From NCBI GenBank assembly GCA_964401135.1, contig CAYNXC010000001.1:122778-186777 (forward strand): a stretch of 64,000 nt of DNA, read 5' to 3'. The translations under genes were made by a program, and so were the position numbers. The DNA is from an uncultured Candidatus Saccharibacteria bacterium. Lineage in GTDB: Bacteria; Patescibacteriota; Minisyncoccia; Phycocordibacterales; UBA9988. Of the stretch, positions 56,897 through 64,000 are shown piece after piece. Under the pieces are notes generated by a model. It saw only the letters and a list, made by a program, of their open reading frames with translations. It had not been told where the DNA came from and made no database searches. Within the stretch, counting starts at the first letter, position 1, and every line of letters starts with the position of its first letter.

Positions 56897-58090
56897 TTAT
56901 GCGGTAATCTTGATTACTGCTCCAGCACCTACTGTGTGACCACCTTCTCGGATAGCAAAGCGCTGTCTCTCTTCCAACGCAACTGGTGCAACCAGCTTCA
57001 CCTTGAAGGTCGCTGTGTCGCCCGGCATAACCATCTCTACTCCTTCAGCTAGTGTTACCTCTCCGGTAACATCAGTGGTACGGATATAGAACTGAGGCTT
57101 ATAGCCATTAAAGAACGGGGTGTGGCGCCCTCCCTCATCCTTGGTGAGAATATAAGCCTGTGCCTCAAACTCAGTATGTGGAGTAACTGATCCAGGTTTA
57201 GAGAGAACCTGCCCTCGGGTAATATCCTCCTTCTTCACACCACGCAAGAGGATACCGGCATTGTCGCCAGCCATACCTTCATCCAGCTGCTTGTTGAACA
57301 TCTCAATACCAGTCACGGTTGTCTTGACAGTGTCTTTGAGACCAACAATTTCAGCTTCATCGCCAACCTTCACCACACCGCGCTCAATACGGCCTGTTAC
57401 CACGGTGCCGCGTCCTTCAATTGAGAAGATGTCTTCAATCGGCATTAGGAATGGCTTAGAAGTATCGCGGACCGGCTCGGGGATGTATTCATCGAGTGCC
57501 TTTGCGAGTTCTAAGATTGGCTTTGCAGCCTCATCCTCGGCTGACTTTGCATCAAGCGCCTTTAGAGCAGAGCCACGGATGACTGGGGTCGCCTTGCCGT
57601 CATACTCGTACTTGGTCAAGAGGTCACGGACCTCCTCTTCAACGAGATCAACGAGCTCCTTGTCATCAACCATATCTACCTTGTTTAAGAAGACCACGAT
57701 CTTAGGAACCCCCACTTGGCGGGCAAGAATGATATGCTCACGCGTCTGAGGCATCACGCCGTCAGTTGCAGCAACCACAATAACCGCACCATCCATCTGT
57801 GCGGCGCCGGTAATCATATTCTTAATGTAGTCGGCATGGCCAGGCGCATCAATGTGTGCGTAGTGGCGAGTTGCTGTCTCGTACTCGTTATGAGAAAGTG
57901 CAATAGTAATACCACGCTCGCGCTCTTCAGGGGCGTTGTCAATCTCGTTAACTCCGCGCATCTTAACCTTATTTCCCGCGAGATTAAGGACATGCAAGAT
58001 GGCCGCGGTGAGCGTTGTCTTACCGTGGTCAACGTGTCCGATGGTGCCGACATTAACATGTGGCTTGGAACGATCAAATTTATCTGCCAT
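56897..58090 (-). CDS. tuf: Elongation factor Tu (start at [11 protein letters not shown])
   Basis: [18 protein letters not shown]. Confidence 0.95.
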   Translation of the reverse strand: MADKFDRSKPHVNVGTIGHVDHGKTTLTAAILHVLNLAGNKVKMRGVNEIDNAPEERERGITIALSHNEYETATRHYAHIDAPGHADYIKNMITGAAQMDGAVIVVAATDGVMPQTREHIILARQVGVPKIVVFLNKVDMVDDKELVDLVEEEVRDLLTKYEYDGKATPVIRGSALKALDAKSAEDEAAKPILELAKALDEYIPEPVRDTSKPFLMPIEDIFSIEGRGTVVTGRIERGVVKVGDEAEIVGLKDTVKTTVTGIEMFNKQLDEGMAGDNAGILLRGVKKEDITRGQVLSKPGSVTPHTEFEAQAYILTKDEGGRHTPFFNGYKPQFYIRTTDVTGEVTLAEGVEMVMPGDTATFKVKLVAPVALEERQRFAIREGGHTVGAGAVIKITA

Positions 58091-58198
58091 GGTGTTGTTG
58101 CTAACTAAATAATGAGTGCTAATAAGACGACTTTTTGACATCCACAATCAAATGGATACCTTTTGCACAATAAAAAGCACGCAGAATGCGTATCTAGG

Positions 58199-58226
58199 AT
58201 ACTAACAGAACCCCAAGGGAAGTCAA
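58199..58226 (-). promoter_or_regulatory. Sigma70-like promoter for tuf
   Basis: On the minus strand, TTGACT, a 16-nt spacer, then TAGTAT. Confidence 0.4.
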
Positions 58227-58279
58227 CCCCGTAAAGCTAAAGGATTCGTCACGAGGTAAGCCCTCCAGGATAAGATACA

Positions 58280-58308
58280 TTGACAAATTGACAGCAATAT
58301 GCTACTAT
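58280..58308 (+). promoter_or_regulatory. Near-consensus sigma70 promoter on the plus strand (TTGACA, 17-nt spacer, TACTAT) with no downstream plus-strand CDS
   Basis: Seen directly. It would drive a transcript of about 135 nt ending at the terminator at 58420..58448. Confidence 0.4.
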
Positions 58309-58419
58309 ATGCGAAGATACCGAGTACCGAGGATACGGCTTGAACATTGAACATCCCTCCGTCACTTACTAATCCTTAGTAGGTACACAATTCCCCTCTT
58401 GTAGTCCCACCACCACTTT

Positions 58420-58448
58420 GGCCCTCAACAATGAGGGCCTTTTTGTTC
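58420..58448 (+). terminator. Intrinsic terminator (plus strand)
   Basis: GGCCCTCAACAATGAGGGCC followed by TTTTTGTT. Confidence 0.5.
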
Positions 58449-58484
58449 AAAATAAAAATGACTGGAGTCGAACTTCAGTCATTT

Positions 58485-60641
58485 TTATTTGCGAGATTCA
58501 ATGATACTTGCGGCAACGCTCTGCGGTACGATTGAGTACTCCAAGAATTCCATAGTAAAGGTTGCGCGCCCTTCCGTCATTGAGCGCAGCGAGGTTACAT
58601 AGCCAAACATCTCCGAGAGAGGTGCCTTGGCACAGATCACACGGTTACCTCCGCGCTCCTCCATACCCTCAATCTGCCCGCGCTTACTGGAAAGATTGCC
58701 TGTCACATCGCCCATGAACTTCTCCGGCGTTACCACTTCCACTTTCATAATTGGCTCAAGGATCACCGGCTTCGCCTGTCGCGCGGCATCCTGCAGTGCC
58801 ATAGAGCCAGCCATCTTAAAGGCCATTTCAGACGAGTCCACCTCGTGGTAAGAGCCATCGTAAAGATCCACCGAGATATCTACCAATTCAAAACCTGCCA
58901 ACACTCCGCGGCTCATGCCTTCGCGGATGCCCTTCTCTACGGCGGGAATATACTCCTGTGGGATCACTCCTCCCTTGATGTTGTTGATAAATTCAAATCC
59001 CTGCTCACGCATCACATTCTTAGGGATCTTTGTACCTTCTTCTATCTTCTCCAAAGGCTTCACGCGGATGCGTACATGCCCGTACTGACCACGGCCACCC
59101 GACTGCTTGATGTACTTGTTCTCCACCTCGGCAGTGCCGGTGATGGTCTCGCGGTAGGCCACCTGCGGATTACCAACATTCGCCTCCACATTAAATTCGC
59201 GCTTCATCCGCTCAACAATGATGTCTAGGTGTAGCTCACCCATACCAGAGATGATGGTCTCCCCCGTCTCTTGGTCTGATTTGATTCTAAAGGTTGGATC
59301 CTCGTCCGAAAGACGCTTTAAAGCCATCCCCATCTTCTCCTGGTCTGCCTTTGTCTTGGGCTCAATGCGCAGCGAGACCACCGGCTCGGGGAACTCAATC
59401 TTCTCTAAGAGGACCGGGTGCTCGGCGTCACAGAGTGTATCGGAAGTTTTGCTATTCTTGAGTCCTACCATCGCGGCAATCTCGCCCGCGTGGACATCCT
59501 TCACATCTTCACGATGGTTAGCGTGCATACGCACGATGCGTCCAACTCGCTCTTTAGAGTTTGTTGTTGCATTGTAAATGTAGGAGCCAGCCTCAACCAC
59601 ACCCGAGTAAACACGGAAGTAAGTCAACTGGCCAACGAATGGGTCCGTCTGTACCTTGAACGCGAGGGCTGCAAAAGGCTCGTCGTCTGTCGCGTGACGG
59701 ATGATCTCCTCTCCAGTGTTCGGGTCTGTCCCTTTTACTGGAGGAATATCCAATGGTGAAGGGAGGTAGTCCACCACCGCATCAAGTACGAGTTGGACGC
59801 CCTTATTCTTGAGTGCGGAACCACAGAAGACGGGGACCAGATCATTAGCAATGCAGGCCTTGCGCAGAATTGCCTTAAGTTTGGAGAGAGAAATCTCTTC
59901 CCCACCCAAGTACTGAGTCATAGCATCGTCATCGTTCTCAACAATCTTTTCTACGAGAACATCATGATACTTTTTTGCTTCAGCGAGATACTGCTCAGGG
60001 ATCTCGTGTTCGTTGACAGCCTTCCCCTTATCGCCTTCAAAGTAGTAGGCCTTCATGGAGAGAAGATCAATCACACCCTCGTGTGCCTCACTCTCGCCAA
60101 TAGGTATCTGCATCCGTACTGCGTGTGTAGTGAGACGATCCAAAATTGTTTTGAATGAGCGCTCAAAAGAGGCACCAATACGATCCAGTTTATTTATAAA
60201 GCAGATGCGTGGAACTTTGCCCTCGTCTGCGTAACGCCAGTTGGTCTCTGACTGTGGCTCCACTCCAGCTACTCCATCAAACACCACTACTGCGCCGTCC
60301 AAGACACGGAGGCTGCGCTTTACTTCAGCAGTAAAATCGATGTGCCCTGGCGTATCAATAATATTAAAACGGTATTTAAACTGATCTGCGTCCGCCTTTG
60401 CTAAAACTTCATCGGATAAATATGTCGGGATCCACGATGCGGTTGTTGCGGCAGAGGTGATAGTAATGCCGCGCTCGCGCTCTTGCTCCATCCAGTCCAT
60501 CACCGCCTCACCCTCGTGCACCTCTCCTATTTTGTGTGAGAGGCCGGTATAAAACAAAATGCGCTCACTGGTCGTGGTCTTGCCAGCGTCAATGTGCGCA
60601 ATGATTCCAAAGTTGCGTGTCTTAGAAAGGTTTTCGCTCAT
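58485..60641 (-). CDS. fusA: Elongation factor G
   Basis: [20 protein letters not shown]. Confidence 0.95.
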   Translation of the reverse strand: MSENLSKTRNFGIIAHIDAGKTTTSERILFYTGLSHKIGEVHEGEAVMDWMEQERERGITITSAATTASWIPTYLSDEVLAKADADQFKYRFNIIDTPGHIDFTAEVKRSLRVLDGAVVVFDGVAGVEPQSETNWRYADEGKVPRICFINKLDRIGASFERSFKTILDRLTTHAVRMQIPIGESEAHEGVIDLLSMKAYYFEGDKGKAVNEHEIPEQYLAEAKKYHDVLVEKIVENDDDAMTQYLGGEEISLSKLKAILRKACIANDLVPVFCGSALKNKGVQLVLDAVVDYLPSPLDIPPVKGTDPNTGEEIIRHATDDEPFAALAFKVQTDPFVGQLTYFRVYSGVVEAGSYIYNATTNSKERVGRIVRMHANHREDVKDVHAGEIAAMVGLKNSKTSDTLCDAEHPVLLEKIEFPEPVVSLRIEPKTKADQEKMGMALKRLSDEDPTFRIKSDQETGETIISGMGELHLDIIVERMKREFNVEANVGNPQVAYRETITGTAEVENKYIKQSGGRGQYGHVRIRVKPLEKIEEGTKIPKNVMREQGFEFINNIKGGVIPQEYIPAVEKGIREGMSRGVLAGFELVDISVDLYDGSYHEVDSSEMAFKMAGSMALQDAARQAKPVILEPIMKVEVVTPEKFMGDVTGNLSSKRGQIEGMEERGGNRVICAKAPLSEMFGYVTSLRSMTEGRATFTMEFLEYSIVPQSVAASIIESRK

Positions 60642-61121
60642 TTATTTTCGTGAAGTCCAGGCAAAGTGTGCAAAGGCGCGGTTGGCCTCCGCCATTTTGT
60701 GGACATTCTCTCTCTTTTTTACTGCCTCGCCCTGATTCTGTGATGCGGCAAGTACCTCATCGTATAATTTTTTTGCCATCGGAGCACCCTTCTTAGAGCG
60801 TGCCGCGCCGATCATCCAGCGCAAGGCAAGTGAGGTGCGGCGCTCGGGGCGTACCTCGTGTGGCACTTGGTAGTTAGCACCGCCAACGCGGCGTGAGCGG
60901 ACCTCTACTGTTGGACCAGTATTTCTAATGGCAGTCTCAAAAACTTCCAGAGGATTCTGTTTGGTCTCTGTGGCAAGTTTATCCATCACACTGTACACAA
61001 TTCTTTCTGCAACATTCTTTTTGCCGCGCTCCATCACATAGTTCACAAACTGCGAAACACGCGGGGACTTGAAGCGGTAATCTGGCGCCGGCTTATTCCG
61101 ATTTTTTACTCTCCTTCTCAT
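60642..61121 (-). CDS. rpsG: Ribosomal protein uS7
   Basis: Position in the str operon and the pattern FVNYVMERGKKNVAERIVY. Confidence 0.9.
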   Translation of the reverse strand: MRRRVKNRNKPAPDYRFKSPRVSQFVNYVMERGKKNVAERIVYSVMDKLATETKQNPLEVFETAIRNTGPTVEVRSRRVGGANYQVPHEVRPERRTSLALRWMIGAARSKKGAPMAKKLYDEVLAASQNQGEAVKKRENVHKMAEANRAFAHFAWTSRK

Positions 61122-61124
61122 AGA

Positions 61125-61547
61125 TTATTTTGCTGCCTTTACATTCTTTTTTGCGCCATAGAGTGAGCGAGCCTGGCGGCGCTTCTCAACTCCTCCGGCA
61201 TCCAGCACACCGCGGACGATGTGATAGCGGACACCTGGGAGGTCTTTCACGCGACCACCACGGATGAGTACTACTGAATGCTCTTGTAAATTGTGCCCTT
61301 CGCCTGGGATGTAGGCTGTCACCTCCATACCGTTAGTGAGACGGACGCGCGCAATTTTACGGAGCGCGGAGTTTGGCTTTTTTGGAGTAGTCGTCTTGAC
61401 CTGAATACAGACGCCACGCTTAAAGGGAGATGGGTAAAAGACTGGTTTATTTTTAAGCGTATTGAAACCGCGCGCGAGACCAACAGTGCGCGAGCGTTTG
61501 ACTTGCTTTTTTCTGCCATTCCTGACTAACTGATTAATTGTCGGCAT
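61125..61547 (-). CDS. rpsL: Ribosomal protein uS12
   Basis: [14 protein letters not shown]...[10 protein letters not shown]. Confidence 0.95.
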   Translation of the reverse strand: MPTINQLVRNGRKKQVKRSRTVGLARGFNTLKNKPVFYPSPFKRGVCIQVKTTTPKKPNSALRKIARVRLTNGMEVTAYIPGEGHNLQEHSVVLIRGGRVKDLPGVRYHIVRGVLDAGGVEKRRQARSLYGAKKNVKAAK

Positions 61548-61888
61548 ACGAGCGTTACTGTACTATACACACTCAAAATGTGCAAGAGAAAGCACCTGCT
61601 AGCACGACGTGGTAGATGAATAGGAACTGCCAGAGTCATGGATGGACAGAGGAGGGCGAGACAAGGAAGACAAATCCGCAGCGTGGGAGTGTACCAAGTG
61701 TAGTCAAAGTCGCCGTTGGACAAGTACGACTGGGTGGGACGGTCACCATCATCATTAAAACTGACAACTACAATTATAATAAGACTTTCACGGCCGTGAT
61801 ACTTTTATTACTCAGCTACTCGTGTTCAACCTCCGAGGTTGAACACATGAGACATAAGAGTATTTTGATGTTGGGAGTGAGACCTCCA

Positions 61889-62500
61889 TCACTGCCCCAA
61901 AAGGAGAGTAGCGAGAGAGAGAACGATGTCCGTGAGATAAGGCCAGAGGATGAGTGCAGCAAGGAGAAATATGAACCAGTAGTGCTCTAGTGCCTCTTCC
62001 ACAAAGTGATAGCGGTAGGGCAGGAGCGAGAAGAGCACTTTAGAACCATCTAAAGGAGGCACTGGTATCATGTTAAAGCTGGCCAACACGATATTGATTA
62101 CCACAATAGAGGCCGCCCCTTGGAGGAAGGCTTCAGAGAAGGTAATCCCAAATCCCGGCATGGTCCGTACCGCAAAGGCCATGAGCACCGCAAGTGCCAC
62201 ATTAGAGAGCGGCCCTGCGAGTGCCACAATGGCGGGACCAAAGCGCTTTGCTCTCAAGTTGTAAGGGTTGTATGGCACCGGCTTTGCCCAACCGAGCATT
62301 AATCCTCCTGGCATGATCGCGAGCGCAAGCGGAACGAGAACAGACCCCACAGGGTCTAAGTGTGAGAGGGGGTTAAGTGTGAGGCGCCCGGCGTTACGCG
62401 CGGTGTCATCTCCAAGAGCACTCGCGGCATAGCCATGAGAGACTTCATGGATCACCACCGAGATAATGAGGACGACGATGAGAAAAATGGTTTCTGCCAT
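61889..62500 (-). CDS. Site-2 protease family (M50) zinc metalloprotease, small form
   Basis: HEVSHGYAA (HExxH), a multi-TM protein, and a later LDGS motif. Confidence 0.7.
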   Translation of the reverse strand: MAETIFLIVVLIISVVIHEVSHGYAASALGDDTARNAGRLTLNPLSHLDPVGSVLVPLALAIMPGGLMLGWAKPVPYNPYNLRAKRFGPAIVALAGPLSNVALAVLMAFAVRTMPGFGITFSEAFLQGAASIVVINIVLASFNMIPVPPLDGSKVLFSLLPYRYHFVEEALEHYWFIFLLAALILWPYLTDIVLSLATLLLGQ

Positions 62501-62556
62501 AGTGTTGCAAATTGGCTTGAGTATGATACCATAACGAAACTCATCCGTGAATATAT

Positions 62557-62769
62557 ATGAAGATCTGTCCACTGTGTAAGAGGGGGAGCCAGATGGCGGG
62601 AGGCTACTCCAACCGCGTCCGCGCGACCAAATATAATCCAACCGGCAAGCGCCGTGTTTTTGTGAACCTCCAATGGGCAGCATTACCTACTGGTGGCCGT
62701 ATCAAAATCTGCACACGCTGTCTCAAGGCAAAGAAACACTTAGAGATTTCCCGTCGCTTAAAAGTATAA
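62557..62769 (+). CDS. rpmB: Ribosomal protein bL28 (zinc-ribbon form)
   Basis: MKICPLCKRG...RVFVNLQ...ICTRCLKA, i.e. CxxC...NLQ...CxxCLK. The only clear plus-strand gene in this area. Confidence 0.5.
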   Translation: MKICPLCKRGSQMAGGYSNRVRATKYNPTGKRRVFVNLQWAALPTGGRIKICTRCLKAKKHLEISRRLKV

Positions 62770-63616
62770 TCCTCCCATCCACATCCGTACGCAGAATACG
62801 GATGTTTTGTTTTTGGAGACTCGCAAGCACCTCCTGATGTGGATGGCCATAGCGGTTCCCCTCCCCTGCCGAGATGATGGCGAGCTCCGGCTTGACTAGA
62901 GAGAGAAATCCGGGGAGTGAGGATGTCCGTGAACCATGGTGACCTAATTTCAGCGCCGTACTCTTAAGTGACATACCTCCCTCTGCCATCAGCGCGCGTT
63001 CTACACTAATAGGCGCATCACCAGTCAAGAGTACAGTCGTCGTCCCGTACGCGAGTCTACCAACAATACTCGCCTCGTTTGATTCCACATCTGCCACATC
63101 TCTATTGGGATAGAGCACGGTGAACACGGCTCCACGACTTAAGCGGATGCGCATCCCACGCCGCGCGGTGACATGGATGGACTCCTCTTCTGTAAGCGCA
63201 CGGGTGAGTGCTTTGGTCACCGTAGTCTGATGTGCATTCCCCGAGTCCACAAAGGCGCCTACTGTGTATGATTCAAATACGGGGATGAGTCCTCCAATGT
63301 GATCTGCATCAGGGTGCGTCGCAAGCACTACATCAATACTCCTGTCGTAGAGGGGCATTACAGCACCAAGCTCTCGCAAGACCTCTCTCCCCCTCCCGCC
63401 ATCAATCAACATCTGGTTCCCATTTGGCGCCTCTATATAGATGGCATCCCCTTGACCGACATCTAAAAAGGCGACGATAAGCTCCCCTTGTGATTCTCGC
63501 CATACGGCATACCATACAAGCACCGAGAGGAGCGCGAGTACTAATAGGACTCCAATTTTTAGCCATTCTATCCGTCCCATACCTTTATTGTAGTCCCTGT
63601 CAGGGTATATTGACAA
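62723..63616 (-). CDS. ComEC/Rec2-related metallo-beta-lactamase domain protein
   Basis: AFLDVGQGDAIYIE...HPDADHIGG...GHHGS. Confidence 0.7.
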   Translation of the reverse strand: MSIYPDRDYNKGMGRIEWLKIGVLLVLALLSVLVWYAVWRESQGELIVAFLDVGQGDAIYIEAPNGNQMLIDGGRGREVLRELGAVMPLYDRSIDVVLATHPDADHIGGLIPVFESYTVGAFVDSGNAHQTTVTKALTRALTEEESIHVTARRGMRIRLSRGAVFTVLYPNRDVADVESNEASIVGRLAYGTTTVLLTGDAPISVERALMAEGGMSLKSTALKLGHHGSRTSSLPGFLSLVKPELAIISAGEGNRYGHPHQEVLASLQKQNIRILRTDVDGRIILLSDGKSLSVSLP

Positions 63617-63719
63617 AATATGCTAATATATACGGATATCCGCATTGAGCGGACGAACATTAAAGAGACCTGGAATAGAGAGGTGTTCCACATACCACTC
63701 AAAGATGGACTGTGTTGGT

Positions 63720-64000
63720 TTATAGTGTGTCAGGGCTTTTTCTATACCAATATATCCCAAGCACTCCATAGATGAGTGCAATGACTACCCCACTCCACGC
63801 AGGTACGGTTATAGAGGCGAAAGGTAGTTCAGAGAACAATCGCGCTAGCGTGATGAGTGTACGCAAAAGGAGTATGAGAGGAAAAGCTGAGAGGAGTGCA
63901 AATGGCACATTGACGAACGCGAGGACGCCAGTTATCGCGCCCAAGAGCATAGCAAGTGGCACAAACGGGAGCGTAAGCGGATTAACCACTAAGGCAACAC
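63720..64000 (-). CDS. Membrane protein fragment (possibly ComEC membrane domain), running off the window end
   Basis: All-TM 89-aa segment. The 5' end lies beyond the window. Confidence 0.3.
   Translation of the reverse strand, partial: VALVVNPLTLPFVPLAMLLGAITGVLAFVNVPFALLSAFPLILLLRTLITLARLFSELPFASITVPAWSGVVIALIYGVLGIYWYRKSPDTL

Noticed and set aside
61806-61832. Perfect palindrome GTGTTCAACC-TCCGA-GGTTGAACAC between the M50 protease and the rpsL upstream region
   Set aside because: It lacks a flanking U-tract on either strand. It could be a weak terminator or an operator, but there is too little evidence to call either.
1-64000. CRISPR arrays, rRNA genes, integrases/transposases and prophage genes
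   Set aside because: None was seen. The only repeats are the triplicated 110-bp island element and the 21-bp metG tandem repeat. The island has no recombinase or flanking tRNA.

Overview
The window reads like a small, gene-dense bacterial genome, and its traits fit a Candidate Phyla Radiation (Parcubacteria-like) organism. This lineage call is inference only: secE-nusG-rplK is present with no rplA following, there are type-2 IleRS and alpha2 GlyRS, several aminoacyl-tRNA synthetases lack accessory domains, and many genes start on GTG. Almost all genes are on the minus strand.

Recognisable core genes:
- valS, metG, glyQS, ileS and argS.
- The str operon rpsL-rpsG-fusA-tuf, followed by rpsJ-rplC-rplD-rplW-rplB.
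- secE-nusG-rplK.
- A second S10/spc fragment, rpsS-rplV-rpsC-rplP-rpmC-rpsQ-rplN-rplX-rplE, located 30 kb away with its own sigma70-like promoter.
- rpsF-ssb-rpsR, lepA, murJ, nrdJ (class II RNR), dut plus a DCD-like gene, recO, tatD, an Hsp20 and a glutaredoxin.
- RNase P RNA, tRNA-Phe and tRNA-Arg(CCU).

The most unusual part is an accessory island at about 23.7-32.65 kb, wedged next to the rpsS promoter. It carries:
- Three paralogous HExxH-motif proteins.
- A radical SAM/SPASM enzyme flanked by short peptide ORFs, one with a strong Shine-Dalgarno sequence.
- A SET-domain methyltransferase translationally coupled to a multi-TM histidine kinase.
- A Tmk-like kinase-CYTH-HExxH operon.
- A roughly 110-bp element present three times, which carries the start of the SET gene and forms short uORFs ahead of the other two operons.

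Together this looks like an undescribed peptide-modification (RiPP-like) or signalling locus.

The second notable point is a histidine-phosphatase (PGAM-like RHG...SHG) domain inserted in-frame inside IleRS. No CRISPR array, rRNA gene or integrase is visible.
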